Of a stretch of DNA of 64,000 nucleotides, positions 49,510 to 57,485 are shown one piece after another; positions within the stretch are counted from its first letter, which is position 1; the number at the start of each line of letters is the position of its first letter. The notes below the pieces were generated by a model. That model made no database searches. It saw only the letters and a list, made by a program, of their open reading frames with translations, and was not told the origin of the DNA. The translations under genes were made by a program, and so were the position numbers. The DNA is taken from positions 1 through 64,000 of IMG/VR virus record IMGVR_UViG_3300044701_002822; one strand, given 5' to 3'. This DNA is from a virus.

Positions 49510-50106
49510 ATGTTTGATATTGTGTCTCAGTTTGAAGAAAAAATTGCAGATTTTTATGGTGCACCATATGCAGTAGCAACTGATTGTTGCACACATGCTA
49601 TCGAACTTTGTTTAAGATACACAAAATCAAACAATTTAACTATTCCTACTCATACATACTTATCGATTCCTATGACAGCAATGAAATTGAATTTGAACTG
49701 GCAGTGGAATGATTCGATCTGGGAAAATTACTATTATATTACAGAAAATATAATTGATGCTGCGGTTTTGTGGAAACCCAATAGTTACATACCAAATACA
49801 TATATGTGTGTGAGTTTTCAATTTAAAAAACATCTGAGCTTAGGAAGAGGCGGTATTATACTTTTAGATAATTTGCAAGCCAAAAATGATTTAATAAAAT
49901 TAAGTTATGACGGACGTCACAGAGATGCACCATGGCCGGCTCAATCTATAGATAGTTTAGGCTATCATTATTACATGACTCCTGAGACTGCACAATTAGG
50001 TTTAAACAAATTAGAAGATGCAATTATCAAGCAACCTAAAATATGGGGCACAAACGATTATCCCGATTTAAGAACTATGCCGGTTTTTGATACCAAACTT
50101 CAATAA
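49510..50106 (+). CDS. DegT/DnrJ/EryC1/StrS family PLP aminotransferase, short form
   Basis: FEEKIA...APYAVATDCCTHAIELCL, IIDAA, SFQFKKHL..GRGG. Only ~198 aa. Confidence 0.85.
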   Translation: MFDIVSQFEEKIADFYGAPYAVATDCCTHAIELCLRYTKSNNLTIPTHTYLSIPMTAMKLNLNWQWNDSIWENYYYITENIIDAAVLWKPNSYIPNTYMCVSFQFKKHLSLGRGGIILLDNLQAKNDLIKLSYDGRHRDAPWPAQSIDSLGYHYYMTPETAQLGLNKLEDAIIKQPKIWGTNDYPDLRTMPVFDTKLQ

Positions 50107-50893
50107 TGTTATAGTGATCAATACAATTATCAAACACTGTTTTATATCGTATATCTACTAATCTATTAAAGTACTCTATAGTTTTTGGAACATTGGGTTT
50201 ATAAACTGTTTTTACATGATTTTCAACACAGGTTTGTAATTCGTTAAATAATTCAACTGTTGTGGATTTTAATGTTAATCCTAATTTTGGATATATCCAA
50301 TCTTTTACAATATTCATATGCCCTTTTATATCAGGATGACAATCAGGAATCACTCCAAATGGTTTGTTTGTTTCGGTTAATTCAAATGTATAAACAGGAA
50401 TTTCAGGCAACATAGCTGTGTAAAAATCTACTAATTCTTTTGATTTTTTACTTACATTTGTTATAAATGCCTCGTTGGTTGCTAATTCAAATGCACTGCC
50501 TTGCCAAACAATGTTTTTATGAAATAGGTCATTGGCAATCTTTATTGCTGTAGCATTTTTTACTATATCGTTGTCGTAACTCCAATATCGTTTAATATAG
50601 TAATTACTGTATTCTGGATTATTTGAATTGAATACACTACCAGCAGCTACCCATCGCCGATCTCTTACACGATCTTCTCGACTCCAACTTGTCCATAATA
50701 TAAAAATTTTATCATCATCTGTAAATTTTAATTTGTTGTTAGCTTCAATCATTCTATGCAAGATGCCAACATTACCCAACCCTGCAATGCCAAAGTTATG
50801 GTATTCAACTCCTTGATCGTAACCTATAACTTTAGCCCATGTTGGCCACCCATATTGAGTAAAACTACAACCAAAAAATATTAATCTGCTCAT
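50075..50893 (-). CDS. SGNH/GDSL-like hydrolase or acyltransferase
   Basis: FFGCSFT, G..G.GN, WT...R, DCHP. Confidence 0.55.
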   Translation of the reverse strand: MSRLIFFGCSFTQYGWPTWAKVIGYDQGVEYHNFGIAGLGNVGILHRMIEANNKLKFTDDDKIFILWTSWSREDRVRDRRWVAAGSVFNSNNPEYSNYYIKRYWSYDNDIVKNATAIKIANDLFHKNIVWQGSAFELATNEAFITNVSKKSKELVDFYTAMLPEIPVYTFELTETNKPFGVIPDCHPDIKGHMNIVKDWIYPKLGLTLKSTTVELFNELQTCVENHVKTVYKPNVPKTIEYFNRLVDIRYKTVFDNCIDHYNIIEVWYQKPA

Positions 50894-50902
50894 CCAAAAC
50901 CT

Positions 50903-50926
50903 TAAATAATGTTATGAATATTTATA
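50903..50926. promoter_or_regulatory. Overlapping divergent late-type promoters
   Basis: (+) TAAATA at 50903-50908, 5 nt before ATG 50914. (-) TATAAATA at 50919-50926, upstream of ATG 50893. Confidence 0.6.
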
Positions 50927-51888
50927 GTAAAAACGAATGGGATCCTCTAAAAAAGGTAATAGTTGGTGTTGCTGACTATTGTCGTATTCCTGAAATGGAT
51001 AAAAGTTTACGAGTAATAAATTATGCTGACCGTAAGGATGTCAGCGATGTTGTGTCCGGATTATATCCCGATCAAGTTGTTGAAGAAAGCAACGAAGACT
51101 TAGAAACCTTTGTAAAATTCTTAGAAGGTGAAAGTGTTGAAGTTGTAAGACCCAATCGCTCACCATCAGTTGAATATTACAACTACTGTCCTAGAGATAC
51201 TGTATTTGTTCACGGAAACAGATTGCTTGCAACTCCTATGAGTTTACGAGCAAGAAGTAGCGAGTTTCATCATATGCTCCCTCATATAGCAGGTGTAGAA
51301 CTTAGCCCGAGATATAAAGACGACGACTTGTATGATGAAACCTGTGTAGGTGATCCAGATCGTCTTGCTTTAACTGAAGTAGCACCTTGCTTCGATGCTG
51401 CTAATACAATACGTGCAAATGATGATATTTTGTATTTGGTAAGCAACAGTGGCAACAAAGCAGGTGCTGCTTATTTACAGGAGTGGGTAGGAAATCCAAA
51501 AGTTCATATACTTGAAAATGTATACAGTTATATGCACATAGATAGCACTATTGCATTTTTACGTGAAGGACTATTACTTGCTAATCCTAGTAGAATCAAA
51601 AGCCGTGATGCATTGCCAGGACCCTTCAAAAACTGGGATATTATTTGGGCACCAGAACCGATAGATATGGGTCATTACCCCGGATATTGTAATGCAAGCA
51701 CCTGGATAAATGTTAACTTGTTTAGTGTTAATCCTAATCTAGTTGCACTAGAGGAACATCAAGAACCTACACGCAAGGCGTTAGAAGCACATGGCATCGA
51801 ATGTGCTATGTTGCCACTTAGACATTCTAGAACCTTAGGCGGATGCTTTCATTGTTGCACATTAGACCTTGTGCGTGAAGTCGGGTAG
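50914..51888 (+). CDS. Amidinotransferase (glycine / inosamine-phosphate amidinotransferase family)
   Basis: NEWDPLKKVIVG, CPRD, FDAAN, HIDST, GGCFHCCTLD (catalytic Asp-His-Cys). Confidence 0.92.
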   Translation: MNIYSKNEWDPLKKVIVGVADYCRIPEMDKSLRVINYADRKDVSDVVSGLYPDQVVEESNEDLETFVKFLEGESVEVVRPNRSPSVEYYNYCPRDTVFVHGNRLLATPMSLRARSSEFHHMLPHIAGVELSPRYKDDDLYDETCVGDPDRLALTEVAPCFDAANTIRANDDILYLVSNSGNKAGAAYLQEWVGNPKVHILENVYSYMHIDSTIAFLREGLLLANPSRIKSRDALPGPFKNWDIIWAPEPIDMGHYPGYCNASTWINVNLFSVNPNLVALEEHQEPTRKALEAHGIECAMLPLRHSRTLGGCFHCCTLDLVREVG

Positions 51889-52617
51889 TTTTAACAACGA
51901 GGAAATAATTTCAGCAGTTTCTTTATGAAACTTCGGACCATCGTGTTGTCCATCTCTGGCTTTGTCTCTGGCTAACGGATGTATGTGCCAAATCTTATAT
52001 CTACTACGCTGTAGTTCTTCTTCTAAATCATCATCCCAAGTGAAATTAAGAACAGGCACGCCCAACATCTTCCAGCTATTGTTCACTGCTTCAAACCAAG
52101 ACCATACATTGAGACTAAGATCTCCTGTGTCTGTGATATAACGTTTTCCCCACCATCTGCCGTCATGAGTAGCTGTTTCGCTCATATCTTCAAATCTTAT
52201 TCCGTAGTTTTCTTTAAATCCAAAACTCTTTCTGTGTTTTTGAGGCCATTGAATTATCACAATTTTTGGTTTAGGCAGTTGTGAATTTATCCACATAAGA
52301 TTATTTAAATAAACAAAGTCAATACCTGTGGCTTGTTTAGCAGCATTGTAGTAATCTATACCAAGTGTTTTAGCAACTTGATCTATCCAAATTTGTTCTA
52401 CATTTAAACCAACACCTTCGGTATAACTACAGCCATAACTTAAAATAAAATCATTATCAAGAGTTTCAATTTCTTTTGTTCTATAGCCAAGACTGTTGAA
52501 TTTATATTGTATTGGCCAACGAGGATTGATAACTCTATCAGTACTAAAAATAGCAGAAGTTTTATTCATATATGAATAATCGATTATTATTGGTGCATCA
52601 GGTTTAATCAAGTACAT
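51862..52617 (-). CDS. SGNH/GDSL-like protein
   Basis: NSLGYR, YGCSYTEG, QWP...R, ARDGQHDG. Confidence 0.55.
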   Translation of the reverse strand: MYLIKPDAPIIIDYSYMNKTSAIFSTDRVINPRWPIQYKFNSLGYRTKEIETLDNDFILSYGCSYTEGVGLNVEQIWIDQVAKTLGIDYYNAAKQATGIDFVYLNNLMWINSQLPKPKIVIIQWPQKHRKSFGFKENYGIRFEDMSETATHDGRWWGKRYITDTGDLSLNVWSWFEAVNNSWKMLGVPVLNFTWDDDLEEELQRSRYKIWHIHPLARDKARDGQHDGPKFHKETAEIISSLLKLPDFTHKV

Positions 52618-52647
52618 AAAAACTACCTTATAAATACAACATATTTA
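52615..52647. promoter_or_regulatory. Bidirectional late-type promoter cassette (second copy)
   Basis: cataaaaactaccttaTAAATAcaacaTATTTA matches the layout at 1717-1751. Confidence 0.7.
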
Positions 52648-52661
52648 AAGTTGGAGAAACT

Positions 52662-53981
52662 GTGAGTTATCAAATTTGGTACTTGTCTATATATTTTAGA
52701 CCAAAAAACAAACTTTTACCAGAGTTAATTAAAAAAGACGGTACTAGAACACCCTTAATGGACATTGGTAAAATAGAAATGTTAATGCTAATGATAAAAG
52801 AAAGTTTTCTTAGAAATGAGGACAGACCGGTATTAATTTTTAATGGCACACATTCTATAGAACATCTAGATAAGTTGTTTATAACACCAAGACATAAGAA
52901 ATTATTACAAGAAGAAGAGTGTGCTTTTTATTTTTTCGAGCCTCTTACACATTACATTTGTAGAGAAGGACGTGATCCAAATTTAGAACCTCATATTTTA
53001 AGATGCAATAACGATCCTTACGAAATTGCCAATGTTCGCTGCTTAGAGTTAGACAGTTTGCAAGCATGGGTAGAAAAATACAACATAAAAAATTTGCATG
53101 TTTACTGTACAGATTATAAAAGCTGTGAATATTACAAAGATCTTTATCCAAATTTAGTTCTCAAAGAAATGGATTTTTTTGTAAGTTGGTACTGTACTAG
53201 ATATATGGCTCAAATAATTAGAGGTGATAGTTTAGGCCATTTAGAAAAAGAATATATGAAGCCCGAAAACATTACAAAAAAGTTTTGGAGCGGGGCTTGG
53301 CGATATGATCCTAGCAGACATTTTATTACTGCATATCTTGCTGGAAAAGATTTAATAAAAGAAAATAATGTAAGTTTTTATTTTAAACTTCCTAACTCAG
53401 AATTTAAAAGACGTATGTGGTTTGGATGGAAAGAGTTTTCATTAAAATTTCCTCGTATGGCCGAGATATTACTAGAAGGCAATACAAAATTACAAGAACT
53501 AGTTCCACTAAGTATAGAAATTGACAACCCAGCGGCTTTAGAGGAACGTGCTCAAGATCCCGAAGCAGACAGCGATGGCAAAAACACAAGAAAAAATCAC
53601 GATCCTGTCAATTCTTATTTAGAATCATTTTGTGCAATTGTACAAGAAACACGAGTTACACAACCGTGGGCAAACATCAGCGAAAAAACTCTTAACGCAA
53701 TGAAAAATTATAGACCATTTGTAATTGCAGGAGCACCAGGAACAATAAAAATGTTGAAAGACATGGGCTTCAAAACGTTCGATCGTTGGTGGGACGAAAG
53801 CTACGACGATGTAGTTGGAAACAAAGAACGTTTGGTAAAATTGTGTGAAACAATTGATTACATAAACAATTTTAGCATAGAAGAAATGAGAGAAATATAC
53901 AAAGAGATGACTCCCATACTAAAACACAACGTAGAAAATTTTGCTAAAATTGAAGACTGGTACAACAATCGGAATATTTAA
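52662..53981 (+). CDS. Putative glycosyltransferase-like protein
   Basis: IVQET, ISEKT, RPFVIAG, GFKTFDRWWDESYD. GTG start with GGAG RBS. Confidence 0.55.
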   Translation: MSYQIWYLSIYFRPKNKLLPELIKKDGTRTPLMDIGKIEMLMLMIKESFLRNEDRPVLIFNGTHSIEHLDKLFITPRHKKLLQEEECAFYFFEPLTHYICREGRDPNLEPHILRCNNDPYEIANVRCLELDSLQAWVEKYNIKNLHVYCTDYKSCEYYKDLYPNLVLKEMDFFVSWYCTRYMAQIIRGDSLGHLEKEYMKPENITKKFWSGAWRYDPSRHFITAYLAGKDLIKENNVSFYFKLPNSEFKRRMWFGWKEFSLKFPRMAEILLEGNTKLQELVPLSIEIDNPAALEERAQDPEADSDGKNTRKNHDPVNSYLESFCAIVQETRVTQPWANISEKTLNAMKNYRPFVIAGAPGTIKMLKDMGFKTFDRWWDESYDDVVGNKERLVKLCETIDYINNFSIEEMREIYKEMTPILKHNVENFAKIEDWYNNRNI

Positions 53982-54733
53982 ACAAAGTTATCTTCAAACA
54001 ACTTGTTTGCCCAATATTCGTGAGCTTGTTCCTTATGATGATGTAATAGTTGTCCTTCAATGTTGAATCCATTGTTTAGACAATTTTCATAAAAACTTTG
54101 TTTAATATTTGTAAACCCTTTAAAATTAGAAGGATCAACTCTACTTCTATAATACAAATAACGATCGTTACTGTTGCACTCTTCAAGAGCATTTCTAAAA
54201 ATGTAAGGTATTTGATGTACCTTCAGCATATTTTGCAAATTAATAATATTCATATATCTGTTGATATCCCAATGAACATCGCTAAAAAAGTTAGACTTTG
54301 CAATATGTTGTGCCATCCACATTTCGTGTTCAGGTACAAAACTTTGATATCCAGGATGTACATGTCCAACATTTTCGTCAGGCACAAACGGAATAAATTG
54401 CCAAAAAATTTCATTTTTAATTTTTGGCATGCCTGTATGGAAAAATTCTGTTCTAGCACTGCCAGTCCAATGAATCAAAAACAAACTGTTTTTTGCTTTG
54501 TGAATATTATCTTGCAACCAAAAATTACTGGTTCTAAAAATGTAATCATTGCTAGCACCAGGCATTGCAATGTTGGTATAGTCAACACCTAAACGTCTTG
54601 CAAGTTTAGCACCAAAGCATTGCAGTCTGTTGTATTCAGTATCTCCAAGTCCGCTACCTTCAATTTCACTGCCTGCTGTATGACTGCACCCGTTTATAAA
54701 GATGTGTTCGAAGTTGTATTTTTTAATTATCAT
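53978..54733 (-). CDS. SGNH/GDSL-like protein
   Basis: INGCSHTAG, PGASN, WT...R, terminal HH...AH. Confidence 0.55.
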   Translation of the reverse strand: MIIKKYNFEHIFINGCSHTAGSEIEGSGLGDTEYNRLQCFGAKLARRLGVDYTNIAMPGASNDYIFRTSNFWLQDNIHKAKNSLFLIHWTGSARTEFFHTGMPKIKNEIFWQFIPFVPDENVGHVHPGYQSFVPEHEMWMAQHIAKSNFFSDVHWDINRYMNIINLQNMLKVHQIPYIFRNALEECNSNDRYLYYRSRVDPSNFKGFTNIKQSFYENCLNNGFNIEGQLLHHHKEQAHEYWANKLFEDNFV

Positions 54734-55359
54734 ATTATCTCAAAAGGCCATTCGCCCGAATTTACTTGTAACAATAATGCATACACTTGTTTCATATCAA
54801 CTAAACCGTCTGTATTATATTGTTCAAATCTCCAAATATCCATTTTACCAAGAATAGGTGTTAACATGTTCATGGGTAAAAAACTATTTGCATTAGACAC
54901 ACATCCATAAAAATCATGTACTCTTATATTGTTATTTAGGTCAACATAGGTGGTATGAGGATAGTAATTGATTTTTAAAACAGTTTTGCTTAATTCAGCA
55001 AGTATGTTTTTGATTTCGTTGTGATGTTCGTCAATTGTTTTTTTATCTTCTAGAATATGATTTAAACTGGTATCATACCATTTAAAAAATACACGTCTAC
55101 TAGTTTTGTCAATGTCAATTAAATCGGGTGCAAATGTTTTGTTTTGAAAATGTTCAAGCCATCTTATTTCATTATCGAAATAAAATTGAGCTATATTGTC
55201 TGTGTATAAAGTTCTATCAAAAAAGTATCTTTTATCAATATTAAAATCCATGCAAAAAACATTTCGGTCAGGACTAATACGTGGAACATAAACAAGGTTA
55301 GCACGTAATTTACCACCTTGTTTATATTTGTAAAAAATGTCCCAGGACGAAATGTCCAT
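54730..55359 (-). CDS. Protein-kinase-like fold protein with atypical catalytic loop
   Basis: NLVY.P.IS.D...FC, NEIRWL, APDLIDID, LKINYYPH, VHDFYG. Confidence 0.5.
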   Translation of the reverse strand: MDISSWDIFYKYKQGGKLRANLVYVPRISPDRNVFCMDFNIDKRYFFDRTLYTDNIAQFYFDNEIRWLEHFQNKTFAPDLIDIDKTSRRVFFKWYDTSLNHILEDKKTIDEHHNEIKNILAELSKTVLKINYYPHTTYVDLNNNIRVHDFYGCVSNANSFLPMNMLTPILGKMDIWRFEQYNTDGLVDMKQVYALLLQVNSGEWPFEII

Positions 55360-57485
55360 TACCATTTGCCTTTATTAATATATCTGTAATTAAAACTAAA
55401 ATCAATAGTATCATTTAGTTTTTGTTCTTCTTCTAGCAAATCAGTAAAATCTTGATCGCCTCTACCTGTTTCCAAATCCCAATCTGGCTTGGCAATACGT
55501 CTTGCACGTTTAGCTGTGTTACTCATCATACGCGAATAATCTTGTGCAAAAAACGGACCTTTACGGCCTTCGGGCGGAGGTAAACGATTGTCAAAAGGAT
55601 TGTCTATTTGTTTAAAATCCCAACTGAAATCTGCATCCCAGTTTCCTGCATCATTAATACTAAACTTGTAAACAGCATTTAACATTCCTGGGCCAAATTG
55701 ACTGCCAAATTCTTTTAAATCAATATCAGGATTAAATCTTATTTCGGCGTCATAACCTCCTCTTGTACGCCAAAGCATACGAAAGAAAGGCCACATCTCA
55801 TTTACAAGTGTATCTGCAAATGGACTAATACCAGGTTGAATAATGTTGTAGTCAAACTGTTCGTACTCGTCAATTTCTTTAATTGTATCAAGATTGTGCA
55901 AGTTGATTATGTAGTGTTCACGTTTAAGGCTATCACGAATAGGATATCCAAACGGCGTTTCTGTACATCCGCTTATAAGATCTAAAAACATATGAAATGC
56001 TTTTACACGATGCATAACATGAGTACCACCTTTTGTAAAGTCATTGGTAATCCAATGACCTTGGTACTTGTGATAACTTAGATTGAATTTGTGCGGATTT
56101 TGGCCCATAATAGTTTCAGGACCTTGTCCGTATCCAACACCTGCTCCAACGTTATTGATATTCATATTACGCATACGCCACAAGAATGTCATGCTGTCTG
56201 CAAAGTCTTTGTGATCTTCTGTAGGAAATCCTACAATCCAATTGGTTGCAGCATAAATGCCAACTTTTTTGCCGTCGCGGAAGTTTTGTTCCATTTCTTC
56301 AACAGTAACACCTTTGTGCATGTCATCAAGTACTTTTTGACTTCCACTTTCAATACCATAGTTAAGCATGATACAACCGCCTGCTTTGAGATCTTTGAAA
56401 TATTCAAGATCCATACGGCCATCACATCGTGCATAACCTGTCCAATGTATTTTTAGACCCTTGGCATCTACTGCTTTACAAAATGCTCGTAATTCATTTA
56501 CGTTACCATTTACAAGACTATCAATGAACCAAAAGATATCTGTACCTTTGTTGTAGTACAACCATTCAACTTCTTCAATTAAGTCAACTGCTTGACGTTG
56601 ACGGTATTTCCAGAAGTGAGTTTCTTCGCAGAATGTACATTTTGCAGTACATCCTCTACTAAATTCAGTGTTAACGCCATTTGGAATTTCGTATTGACTA
56701 AAATCAATACTTTCATAATCCGGCATAGGCATGCTGTTGATATTGATCTTTTGATTGAATTCTTGTTCAATGAATTGAGGTTCGTCGTGTTCTTTACCTA
56801 ATTCAATATCAGCAAGAATTTTTAATATTGCTGCTTCACCTTCTCCATTTACAACATAATCGTAATAAGGATGACGTTGAAACCAACTTTTTTGTGCATT
56901 ACTGCCGCCGACTGCGATCTTAATATCTGGACGCAGCTCTTTGATACGTTGTGCCATCCATTTTGTAGGTTCTTCACTAATATAGTATACTGTGAATCCT
57001 ACAACTTGAGGATTAAGTGCAAGAATTTCATGTACTGCTTCTTCAAGCATGGGTTCAAGTACAGGATGAATATCTCTCATGTAACTTTCGCCTTCCCAAT
57101 GCCAACTTGCACTAGGATCCCACAATCTAAATGGAAACAGTTTTAACGGACGCCATTCGTGTTGATACTTGTTGTATGCACGAACATTAAGATCTAAAAT
57201 GTGTGTTTCATAACCGGCAGTTTTTGCAACACCACTTAGACGTGCTAAATTAAAAGGTGGAAACTGTGGTGCCCATTCAGGACATAAGACTAATACTAAT
57301 TTTGTATTGCGTCTTTTATAATCTACATATACCGGAGTTAGATTTTTTTCTATTAATGCAGTAGGGCGAGCATAAGGCTTAATTGCCTCTAGCATATTAA
57401 GATGTTTATCATCAGCAGCATTAGCAGAAATCTTATCAGGTATTTCAGGTTGTGCTTTTGCTAATCCTTTTAGATTAAAGTCCAT
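55359..57485 (-). CDS. Cobalamin-binding radical SAM protein (708 aa)
   Basis: PPFNLA, IAVGG, GEGE, SRGCTAKCTFC, GIESGS, VGFPTE. Confidence 0.92.
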   Translation of the reverse strand: MDFNLKGLAKAQPEIPDKISANAADDKHLNMLEAIKPYARPTALIEKNLTPVYVDYKRRNTKLVLVLCPEWAPQFPPFNLARLSGVAKTAGYETHILDLNVRAYNKYQHEWRPLKLFPFRLWDPSASWHWEGESYMRDIHPVLEPMLEEAVHEILALNPQVVGFTVYYISEEPTKWMAQRIKELRPDIKIAVGGSNAQKSWFQRHPYYDYVVNGEGEAAILKILADIELGKEHDEPQFIEQEFNQKININSMPMPDYESIDFSQYEIPNGVNTEFSRGCTAKCTFCEETHFWKYRQRQAVDLIEEVEWLYYNKGTDIFWFIDSLVNGNVNELRAFCKAVDAKGLKIHWTGYARCDGRMDLEYFKDLKAGGCIMLNYGIESGSQKVLDDMHKGVTVEEMEQNFRDGKKVGIYAATNWIVGFPTEDHKDFADSMTFLWRMRNMNINNVGAGVGYGQGPETIMGQNPHKFNLSYHKYQGHWITNDFTKGGTHVMHRVKAFHMFLDLISGCTETPFGYPIRDSLKREHYIINLHNLDTIKEIDEYEQFDYNIIQPGISPFADTLVNEMWPFFRMLWRTRGGYDAEIRFNPDIDLKEFGSQFGPGMLNAVYKFSINDAGNWDADFSWDFKQIDNPFDNRLPPPEGRKGPFFAQDYSRMMSNTAKRARRIAKPDWDLETGRGDQDFTDLLEEEQKLNDTIDFSFNYRYINKGKW

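Noticed and set aside
46368-54733. Ordinary bacterial O-antigen or capsule locus
   Set aside because: No flippase, polymerase, nucleotidyltransferase or membrane proteins are visible, the strand switches often, and the promoters are of the phage late type.
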